The position numbers were made by a program, and so were the translations under genes. Under the pieces are notes generated by a model. It worked only from the letters and a program-made list of their open reading frames with translations, was not told the origin of the DNA and did not search any database. Shown one piece after another: positions 52,679-64,000 of a stretch of DNA of 64,000 bases. The stretch is taken from assembly GCA_903813345.2 (NCBI GenBank), contig CAIIXF020000001.1, positions 47,492,001-47,556,000 on the forward strand. The letters are read 5' to 3'. Positions within the stretch are counted from its first letter, which is position 1, and the number at the start of each line of letters is the position of its first letter. The DNA is from Owenia fusiformis (Eukaryota).

Positions 52679-55111
52679 ACCATGCTCTTAGTAGCACATA
52701 GATAGTGTAACCTAAATGTTTTTTTCCTTTTCTCAAATATGGTACAGGTAGACATGGAAGCTTTTAATAGTGGAGCGACGATATGTTTACTTGTATTTTT
52801 ACTCATGAATAATATAAGATCCTTGTGGAAAAACAATAACGTTTTCGCCTCCCACCCTTCTAATGATTTGACTTTTCGTCGGACGTTAAACATAAGATTA
52901 TCCTGAAATGTCTCGTTGAATTCATGTCTGAGTGACAGTAGTACTCACACAGCTATCCTGCATATGGACTATGAGGGTCTCAGAAATTACATAGCATTGT
53001 AATGGGGAGGGGGCCAGTGAGTTATGCACGTGGATGACGTCTGTTTAACATTAATCAACAAATGTATGATTCAAAGATGGCAGTTCAAATGCTTTAGGCA
53101 AGCGTGCCATCTATTAATCCGTACATTTATAGTATCTTCATTTGAGTCTGAAAAGCCAATGTAAGCCACAAAAATATAAATCATAAACAGTATTCAATGA
53201 GTCTCTATAGAACCACACATTCAAGCATCTAAAATTGATTTGCATCATCAATAGACAAGCCAGATTTGTTGCAAACCCTTCATTTTTGTAAATATAACGT
53301 TAACAGTATAACGCTTGGACAAAATGCTCGTTTTGTTGGGGGTGAGGGATATCATTTTAAAGGAACTAAATGACTTGGTGGACAAAATTCAATAGTTGTA
53401 CTTTTTACCAAAAATATCATATTGACTCATGGATGCAAGACATATCCATGATTAAATTTGAGAGATTCGGAAACGGTTAACCCCGAAACGGATACAATAT
53501 AGATATGTGTTTTGACGAGAAAACAAGAAACCCCACCAGGGTTCAAAGATGACATACACTAATAATGTAAATCTGCATTGAGATGACATCGTCGCTGATT
53601 GGTTTAGCGAGTTGATCGTTGAGTGGTTTAAAACTAGGTCAATTTGTTAACTTTGAAAATCAAGATGGAGGATAAGTACTTCCGGGAAAGGAGGTGCGCG
53701 AAGGAGGAAATCGTATGTCATCAATTGAATCATGGGGGTTTCCCTCCTCTTGGTGAATACTGTTCATATAACTATCGTATATATCAAGGTTATTTTTGTT
53801 ATTCAAAGTGAAATATGTGGACATTTCCTATACTCGGTAGAATGGTCATTTTCTATCTAAACGCATTACCTGTCAATTGCATTTAAAGTTCGCATTTACT
53901 TATCGTCTAAAGACAATATTTTCCTTAAATACCGTAATATGATCAGCGTTGCCTGGACTGCTAATCTAATAATGGACTGGATAAAAAATAAAAACAACTT
54001 AAGATTCTATATCGGTCTTCTAATTAATCTATTAAACTAAAAACAAAATTACTGTTTAGAAAACGAGGTAATGTAAGATGCCCCTAGGGATGCATTATCG
54101 CTTGTTATTTTCATTTCTGTTGAAAAACAACTAAATTAGATTATAAGGGGATGTACACTACCTTCCAAATGTTTGTATTCGATAAGATATGTTACCATTT
54201 TTATTATTTGGGAGATTTAACACATTTTCCCCCATTTTTGGCACATACTTATCCATAATAATAATTCCTTCAATTTATAACATATTGTGGATCCTTTGGG
54301 AGGAATTGTATTTGAGATTGTAAGGATATATTGGAAGGTCAACTGTACATTTTGCATGCAATTTTATCACTCCATAGATCAGATTCAGCCTTCAATGAAT
54401 TTGAAGCAGTATATATCCAAATATGGCATTGTTTAAACAGACTTTGATTTCACGTATTGTCAATTATATTTTTGCTATTTTATAAAAATGATGAAGAAAC
54501 CTAATGTTTGCTGCATTTTGAATTTATGATTAAAATATGGCCGTATAAACAACCATATTCAACATTGAGTGTGCTATCCTTACTCGGTTTGTTCATTTCG
54601 TGATTTATGTAGTAAAACCCCATACACATACATAAAAACTGGTAGACATAAAATATTTTGGATTATTTTCTGCTGATGATGAATGCGCTTGGTAGTGGTG
54701 AATTGGTCAATATACACGTATGGTGACGATTTGGTATTCCATCTATAACAGAAAGTAACGAGATTGTTACCATTGCATTAAGTTCTAATAGATCCTTCCG
54801 GAATCTCTTTAAAATGTTGCATTAAAATGCGTCTAAACATTAGTAAAAGAAGTCCTAAGCAAAAAGTATGGCAGCATATTTCGGCTTAAACTTGTTTTTT
54901 TCAATCGGTGATTTGTTAAACTTTTGGAGTGGAGTGTATTTAGGCAATTACCATTTTGTATATATCCTAGAAAAAGTCATTATTTCACGATATTTGGAGT
55001 CCCTGCGTGACCATTCCATATTCAGACATCTTAACAAACCATATGGGAGGAAACTACCTAATCAAACTTGACATTCAATTTAGAATGTACTATTAATTTC
55101 GCAAAAATAGC

Positions 55112-55216
55112 TAGCCTTGCCTAAGTCGGTATTTTTTACTTATCTGATCTTGAATTATTACCGGCGGTCATAATAGAAATCAAGATAAGTAAAAGAGACC
55201 GACTTTGGCAAGGCTA
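55112..55216. mobile_element. Second copy of the mini DNA transposon at 49179, opposite orientation
   Basis: TAGCCTTGCCTAAGTCGGT...ACCGACTTTGGCAAGGCTA; flanks AAAAATAGC / AAAAATAGT. Confidence 0.8.
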
Positions 55217-58200
55217 AAAAATAGTATACCAGCCGGGATAGCAGCCTAGAAATAGCAACCTTATTGTTATCGAGCCGCCTTGTAAATGAGCCACATTTTC
55301 AGAACTCTCTTTCGGGCATGTATGCATGACTGAGAGTTTGAACAGAACAGAACAATAGAGGTCAGGGCTCTAGACAACAATTATAAATAGGCTAAAAAGA
55401 ACTCTGGAGCCCTCTTGGAACGGATACAGAAGATGCCTCGATGGAATAATGTATTTTTCAAATTTTGAGATTTCCCTTTCAATATGTTTATCCTTGAAAC
55501 ATATAAATTCATCCCTTTGTTCTGTTATGTGACTTTTGATTTATAGTATTTCATAGCTGATTTTGTTTGAGACCTATTTGATTGAAAGCTTAAAAGACGT
55601 TGTTCAGGTTGTTTATAAATGTAAATGTTGACGACGAAGCCTGGCGAAGACTTATTAATTAACGCATTGAAACGAATGAATTTCAGGAATGACACACGAA
55701 ACTTCTGTTCGCCGCAAATTTTTAAACATGTTCAAAATTTCAAACGCATCCATACGAACACAATATACCTGCTGCTGCAGTGTTCGATGTGCTGTCACGC
55801 GTATTTACTATTGGGAACGAATTTGACTCATGTCCTATTCGCCAGCATACGCAAGTTGATGTTTGGATTTTTCGCTGAATATGTGAGGGGGCCTTTATTT
55901 ACAGCAGGTTGCGTATGATTTTTTGCGACAGTTTGCGAATTACTGATTTACTTACACTTGTATTGGATACTCAGCTTTCATTCCATGTAAAGAAAACATA
56001 AATTGATAAAACATTGACGAATGGAGCGGTTACAACGACAATTACTTTCAGGGATTTTCAGAAATTTTCGTCCAGTGTATTTAATATACTGGAATTATAC
56101 TCTATTTTTAACATTATAATGATATGGATACTCGGGTTTCATTCCATGTAAGAGCAATAGATACAACATACATTATTGGGTGGGAGTGAATGAGCCTTAT
56201 TTTCTGGCGAATATTTAACGTTTAGCCCTTGATCTTTATATGCTTCATTTAGAATCCTAGATAAATGTATTAATGATCAAACACGATTGGCCTTCGTGGA
56301 ATATCACCTTTGGAAGATGCATGTCCTCATACCAATAGAATGAAATATTTGTTTAACATGTGACGGTGATTTAAAAATGATCTGAGTCATTTGACTCTAA
56401 GGCTAATTTTAATCGGGGATTATGAAATAGATTGCACGTACGTATTCAAGTGAAAATTCACACACCAGTGATATCTTAATGACATGATAAGAACTAAGAA
56501 AGGAAGATCATGTAAAAATGCGTAAAAACACTGACTTATATTTCCGCTTTGCAACAAAATTAGTTGACTGAAATTAGAGATGCTTCCTAGACGAAACTAT
56601 TGATAAACTCAAAGAAGTGAACAATTACAAATGGTATGCTCAATCGGGAAGAAGCCATGTATGGTATTTCTCATCGTCTATCAAGTACAAGTTGTGCGAA
56701 AAAGATTGTGGGTGGGTTCGATTGGAACGCTGTTTGTTGTTACTCTAATTTCAGCAACGGAACTCTTGTTTAAAAATCATGTATTGATACACGTACCATC
56801 GTCACTGAGAATACTTGAGCTGAATGCTGAATTAGGAAATTTCTGGAAATGGTTATTTCTCCAACGATATAGGCCAACTTATGTAGTCTGGAATTTGGCT
56901 ATTAATAAAGTATTAATTGAATCGGACAAAAACAATTTGTAGAAATGTATATCTTTATAATACAAAGTTAAACGATTTTGACCGCAATATAAGAAGTGAT
57001 TCTTTAATCGTTGGCATTCTAATCCCGTACTTCCGCATTGCTAAAGTATTTCTTACAAAAAAAGCATAATTAATCAAACGAAAATAAACAAATCATCTTC
57101 TTTAATCTAATAAGTCCGAGCTCGTATATCTCACCATAATTCATTATTTTCATTTCAAGACTTGCATTGAATACTGCGCACTTTTTATGCCTACGTGATC
57201 CTGACCTATTTGATTACTATAATCTGATGTACAAATAGTTGATCTGAAATTGACAGAAAATGGGGAAAATGTTTCTCGCTTTCGCTGATTCTCCCTTAAT
57301 TAGCCAGTATAACAACTCTATTATGTCTACCATCATTTAAGAAATATATTTGGAATGCCTGTTATCAAAGGTGTTATCCTTGCGATAAGATTCAAGTAGG
57401 AATCCGAATTCGATCGCGTGTTTAGACAAATATCGCGCTGCCAATGCAACACCTACATTTATCATGGGTTGGTGCTTTAATTCCTGAGTATACTTGAAAA
57501 GTTGCAATTCGTTCCTAAATATCAGTCAAGTAAACTTTCAATAAAATGAGAATGTGGGTTAAGTGATCTATAAAGCGGATTTCATATTCCTTGCAAAACA
57601 ACTGTGAAAGACAGAACTACGCGTATCAGAAGTCGGGGAAAGTGACCGGCTGGGATTGAACAAATTCGATTTCCTCGACATAAAAGTGTCTCCTCCGAAA
57701 TCATCACCAGTAACTGCCATTCAAGCGCATTTGTTGATGTTTCCTTCGGGAATTTATGGAATAACATGGATTAAAGCTGTTTCAGTACTGGCATAATAGT
57801 ACATGCGCAATCCAAAACAATTTCTCTTTAAGCTAAAACTACTTTAAAACAATATCATGATAGATTGTTTAATTACTATTTTACGAACTTTCTTGGTAAC
57901 CATAACAACTCAATGAATATTCCACTGGAGTCCTTGGCACTAAATAAAATTATTAAACAATTAAACGATAATTCAACGTGAAGATATCACCCCGGGATAT
58001 AACCTATGGGTCTTTATGACATTTGTATTTCATTCATGTTTAGGGTTACCGGTAAAGTTATCTTTGCGGCATAAAACCAAAGTGCTTACATTGCTCTACC
58101 GAACGACGTTTGACCCAAAGAGTCATATATTAAAAAAAACAGCTGATTTTCTGACACTGTTAGGCTACCCTCGCCGGTTAGTTGCTAATAAATGTTACTG

Positions 58201-60610
58201 TGGCATTTTCAGAGAATTCCAGAATAATTGATTTTGAAGAGATCTAGCTAATAATGCAATTCAAATGAATTCATAGAATGTTAAAATAAAGATAATCTAA
58301 GAATAAACTTCTTCTATATCAATCTATTGTCAAAGCATTGCCCATTTGTAAACATACTAGTAGTCATTTGATTTCTAATATCACGATTGTTGTTTACATT
58401 TGTTCTCGTGCTGATTATAATGGAACCAAATGCTTCCGTGCATACATCAGAATATTTTTATAAACTCGGTCAGTACAAAGTATTTATTATTTGTTTCGGT
58501 ATATAATCGTCACAAATTCAAGACAGGTCTGCAAAAACATCCTGATATAAAATACGACCTAAGAGTGTATAAATCAAAAACAACTTGAGAGCAATTTAAA
58601 TTGAATGTGGCTTGAACTGGACTTTGGTGTTTACACTCGGTTACTGATAAATGCTATAATTGGTTCATTATCACGCTATTGCAAATATTCATCAAAACGT
58701 ATAAAGGGCAACAATCGAAAAGTACTATCAGATAGAAGTTATTAGAATTGCCAATGGCATCGAAAGTGAATAACTGCACATAAATCAACATACAAGTAAA
58801 GGTGCTCATAACCCAATTCTGCCAACATATATTTTGGATAATCGTGTTCAACGTTTACATTAGAATGAAAGGGGTTTTCAAACAATAAAATATAAATAAA
58901 CAGATTTAACCATAATGCCATGCAGCTATAAGTTGTAGTTTAACCATGAAAACCACATTGTTTAGATATGTTTCATTTCCAGATGCAACTTTTGATTGCC
59001 TGCTCACTTTTAACTTTCCTGGACAAAAATTCATGCAAAAGGTCATGCAGCCCATTTTCACAATGTTTTAAGCCCTTTTCAACTGATTTTGGGCCAAAAT
59101 TGTAAAATTTGAACCCCTTGGATTTTCTTAAAAACTGAATGAAACCCCTTGGCAAAAGCTGGCTACGAGCCTCATTCAGTAGTACTTATCATATATGCAT
59201 TTTGATCAATTCCATTTATCGCGTATTTAACCCTAATCTGTTTTCAAATGGGCTTACACTAATTGTATTTTGAATCGTTCCAAAGATATATCTGATAATT
59301 GAGGCGCAAGTAGCATATCCGACGTTGTGGTGAATATTATACAATAAAATAAATACCAGCTGTTCCAAATTTGATCCCTGTGGTACTCCACAATATTAAA
59401 ACGTTCCCTGTTGTAACTGCTCAATTCTCTTAAAGTATTCATTCTTTTCCTAATCAAAGTAAAAAGATTGTCACCTCGTATCAAACTTACATTAGAAAAT
59501 ATGATCTTGATGAAGTAAATATGTATGGCCCAGACAAACTCGGTGAGAATATAATTATTTCATCTGGCTAATTTCATCCCACGTCTCAGAACTGAATATA
59601 GAGTAATTGATAATGACCGGAAATAACAATAGTCTCATTGGAGCAATCCCGGTAGGCGAATACGTTAGTCTATAAAGTTATTCTTGAAACGTAGGTGCTT
59701 GTCATTTTTGTTCATAGATATGTCTTACCTTTCAAAAATTGTGACCTTTGAAACTTCAATTTGCATTTTTAGGTCTTTGAACTCGAAGACTGGCATAGAA
59801 AATGACTGGTTGTTATTATACAATAATAAAAATAAATTTCACAATTGTCCATTCAATTCTCATTAGGTTAATTATGCTATGTATTCATTGATAAGGTTTG
59901 AATTGTTCCATTGGGGATAAGTTGTTGCCAGTCGAAAAGATGAGCTATATCAAGCTGAAGATCGTAGATAATTAACGGAAATGTCATCTATCTGTTCTAA
60001 AATTACCTACAAATGACGTCAGGCACTCAATAAATCCCAATACGATCAATATTTGAAGTTAATGTTTGTCTTTAGAATACAGAAGCAATTGATATATTGG
60101 TTTTACTCGTAGAAACTTCTGCAGAATTCCGGTGTACGTACACATAGAATCAGCTGTTAAGTGCATTAGCCAGCTGAGAGAAGAGAAAGACTATCAGATT
60201 GATGTTTTAAGAGTATATGGCTGTCCTGATGCAGGTTTGCTCAGCCTGTGTCGGCCAAGGCTCCCATAATATGTTGACTTGCTCCAGGGTAGTTCTCTTG
60301 TGGTCAGGGTTTACCAGGGTATGCTGGATCGGGGTTAAGTCAAGGTTTGGAGCTTGGAGAGAGCTATTTATGCAGGTCTAGTGGCTAAGACGATATAGGG
60401 GGACATTGGACGCTGATTGGTTGCTCACTTCGGAGCTCACGTCGAAATCAGCTGATTGAGAAAATATTATTACAAGACAGGCAATAAAAAAGCCGGCATC
60501 CACGGAACACTTTCCTTTATAACTTTGTGATCTCAGTCGACGTCTGGTGGAGAGCTCCTACAGAGCAATCCTTGTGGAGGAATAATATCTATGGACGCTC
60601 ACAAGGAAGC

Positions 60611-61121
60611 ATGTCGAACCGAGTAACAAACGCCATCATATGTGCCGTACTGCTTGGTGTCATCAGCTGTAGTGTTGCACACAATCACCATAGACACGGC
60701 AATAACCATGGTAACAATTACCAGAGAGACCGGGCGGCTGATGACACAAGTCATCGGTTGCTCGGGGAACACACTCGCAACACACAAGAAGATGTTGCAG
60801 CAGCTGATACTGCACAAGAGGTTGAGTGTGAAACATGTGCAAATGCTAGAAAATTAGAACAATTATCTCCAGAAGAATTAAAAGCTCTTAGAATAGAATA
60901 CATAAAACAAGAAATTTTAAATAAATTAAGAATGACAGAAAGGCCACCTAAAGTGAATAGCACAAGGCCAAGTTTACCACAGGCCCTTATTGAAGAAGAT
61001 ATTGTCGACGATGACGTTCCGATAAACAATGGTCATATGTCATACATACAAAATGATAATCCCGATGAACCACCTGAGTATTATGAAAAAACTGAAAAAG
61101 TTATTGTATTTGGAGAGCCCG
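60611..61121 (+). CDS. TGF-beta superfamily ligand (activin/inhibin-beta/myostatin subgroup), exon 1: signal peptide and start of the prodomain; gene continues past the window
   Basis: Signal peptide MSNRVTNAIICAVLLGVISCSVA, CxxC (CETC), prodomain helix LRIEYIKQEILNKLRMTERP, and YYEKTEKVIVFGE before a phase-1 donor G|GTAAGT at 61121/61122. The mature domain is not in the window, so orthology is unresolved. Confidence 0.85.
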
Positions 61122-64000
61122 GTAAGTACTTTAGATATTACTTTACAATAATAAAATTGAAACGCTCGTGACGGTGACCCGAGAGGCAATGTATGAAGTG
61201 ACGTATCCTATTAATTTGATATCCAGTAAATACAATTAAAAAACGTCCGCTATTCACTTAAGATACGACTGGTGTGTTGTTTATGTACATTTGTAATTTG
61301 TCAATTTTGGCATGATGTTGTTCTCGTGGTTGTTTTCAAGTTTTGTTTTGGATATCTACTGTAATTAATAACGCATGCATATTAGACCCATTGACATAGT
61401 TACCAGATAAATGTTTCTTTACACTTGCAAGTAAATATGCATGGTATCATTTAACTTATTTCAATGTAATATGAATTCCTGATGATCGTATCTTCTTCAA
61501 ATTATTCATACTTAACATTTTCACGTTCTGGGGATATTTTTCTGAACACTTTTCTAAGATATTTGAACGAATAAAGTTTCGCGAAAAATCATCAACATAA
61601 CGTTTCAGTATGGTCGTTTGTGCATAAGGTTTAAGGTAGATAAAGATATTGTTAAACTTTAAAATAATATACTCTTTGTGGAAGGATCAATTTTTCAATT
61701 ACATAGCAAAATATATATTTCAAGGAGAGATGCAAGTATTAATCCCTATAATGATATTAACCCTTTAATGTCTGAGGACGTTAGCTGATTAGGACTTATG
61801 CAGCGTTTGCAAATTCTGCCGGCTGATGGTTTAACTTACTTTTATGGCCAGTTCATTTAAATATGGATAGTACCAGGTTCTATTCACATTCAAATCAGTT
61901 GGCCATAAAGCAGTAGTTTAATCCGTCAGCCGGTAGTTGATTTCACGAACGCTATCTCAGTTCAGAAGAGTTTCTATATGATGATGCGGTGTCTGAATAG
62001 TGTTCCTGGAAGGTACAGATGGAAATCAGTCAATAAAGTTATTTTTGAAAAAAATGTTTCTGGACAATTCAAACAGGTCAATAATACTTGAAGTAAATTC
62101 TGAAATAAAATTTAAAAAACGAACAAAATATTGTCACCGTGAAATCGCAACAAATACACACAAAGAAGTTAATAATTGAACAAAGCAATATGGTATAATC
62201 GTTCGACGTTGCAATATAACATACAGACGTTAGTCAGAAAACACCTTGCTAGAATATGCACTATATTAGAACCTGAAATATTGTGTTGACAAAAAGCCAA
62301 ACGGAGAGATGCCACAGAGTTGAAATTTGCAATGATGGGCCAGTCTACAACTGGAATGATATGAGGAATGCCTTCAACTGAAAAAAATGGGAAGAGCTCG
62401 ACCTTAACTAAATTGTCTAAATTTAATATGACTTATCGAATTGCTTGATTATATGTCAATTTGATGTAATAATGCAATTAATATTTACAATAATATATCT
62501 TTACAGTATGTGATTTTGGAAGATATCATTATGAGTATTTATTACGAGTAATGATAATAGGATAAGTTATTATTGGATATATCCGATGATTTTTTCCAAA
62601 GTTTGTTTTTATGCACGTGTATATGTGGTTTTATTGAAAACAATGATATTTTTAATATCACATTTATATGCGCGAAATAACCGACCGTATTAATACCATT
62701 CAAAGGACGTATTATACCTTTTAACCAGTATGATTGATACATTTATTGTATCATAAAAGTTGCATAATTATAAAAACATTTGTTCAGTGATGTTGATTTT
62801 CTACATCTTCTTAGCTATATCAATTAATAATTGCATATGATTAAATTAAAGAGAGAATCGGGTCTAGCGAGCAAGCAAAACGAAAATTTATTCAATTTTA
62901 GAGTATTTTTGTCTCACATCATTCCTTGTCTATTTTCTAAAACTCCTCAACGTACATACTTTATTCAAGGAAAACGTTTTAGAGGATTTTTACAATAATG
63001 TGTTATTTTTCTATCATTTATGGTTACCATTTTTATTATTTGAGATAATTTAAACACTTTCTCCCACTTTTGCACTTTGAATAATAACGTCACCAATTTA
63101 TAACATATCGCTGATAAAAATGGAAACAATTACGTTAATTTCCTCATATCTTTGTCATTTTAAGAAATAACCCCCTGATATTTTACACATTTGCATATCA
63201 TTCAGTTTCCTACCAATCTACTATATTTCATAACCAGCAGATTGATAGTAACAATGTTACATCACTTTAACCCTAGTGGCCACTTTTGCACTGTCGGGAA
63301 ACCTGCACTCTTCGTCCAAAATGCTTGCAATTTTTCACCCCTTTTGATCTGATTCTGCCTTTAATAAATAAGACTACGAGCTGATCTACACTGCCATGCC
63401 TTGTAATATCAATTAAATCAATCTGAATTACTTGTCATAGAAAAGGATGTTGCATAACTTTTAACATTATTTTTAGAGTATAAACATGTTTTTGCCAAAT
63501 TTCACTTTTGATTAACAGGAAAGTAATTACGAGAACTTATAAAATTGTGATGACATACCAGTGTGAATCTAACCGATTTTCGACCATATGTCACAGTTTC
63601 TCGCCAGGAGCCAAATTTTGTTTTCAGTTTAGCCGAGAATGAATATGGGCTAATCGCATAATCTGATTTACTGTTACATTGGATAAACCAACTCATGAAT
63701 CAAAAGTTTGAAAATACATTTAGGACAATTTTACAGTCAGTTGACAGAATTTAGCGCTAAGTGTCACTGCTTAATTTGCTGTGAAAGGCTCCCAATTGTT
63801 CGAAGTGGCACTTGCCACTTGGGACCTGCCAAATCCTCCACCTCCTGGTTATTTACCGGGGATCAAAGCTGCGCTTACAATATCAAGGTTGATGCACGCT
63901 CTCCAGCGCCATCCAAGTTGTCCACTTACGTAAAATGTATATTGCAATGTAAGAGCTCCTTGAAACAAAATGAATCAGAAATAAAACAAGTTTAAAAAAG

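Noticed and set aside
59254..59484. 76-aa minus-strand ORF faintly like a LINE ORF2 C-terminus (YHRDQIWNS...SLERFKIQL)
   Set aside because: The similarity is too weak to call without a profile search; at most a decayed retroelement fragment.
60527..60610. Upstream extension of the TGF-beta ORF
   Set aside because: It starts at a GTG. The ATG at 60611 directly precedes the signal peptide.

Overview
This is AT-rich, repeat-rich eukaryotic DNA with GT-AG introns, almost certainly from an invertebrate animal (it holds a HES/hairy gene and a TGF-beta ligand gene). Four genes can be assembled by hand. (1) A 4-exon HES/hairy bHLH-Orange-WRPW repressor (+, 7616-11566). (2) A 7-exon ketohexokinase (-, 21989-29417) with a tandemly duplicated alternative first coding exon. 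(3) A 3-exon, 1834-aa pyruvate:NADP+ oxidoreductase (PNO), i.e. a complete pyruvate:ferredoxin oxidoreductase fused to a cytochrome-P450-reductase-like FMN/FAD/NADPH module, with a mitochondrial presequence on its own exon (+, 40892-49847). (4) Exon 1 of an activin/myostatin-type TGF-beta ligand (+, 60611-61121). The main finding is the intact, intron-containing, apparently mitochondrion-targeted PNO between ordinary animal genes; this O2-sensitive enzyme is known from protists such as Euglena and Cryptosporidium and is not part of the textbook animal repertoire. Non-coding DNA holds many non-autonomous DNA transposons, including two CAC...GTG families with 5-bp target-site duplications (TSD), a Harbinger derivative, a mariner relic and a three-level nested insertion. 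Coordinates were read by eye and no database searches were run.
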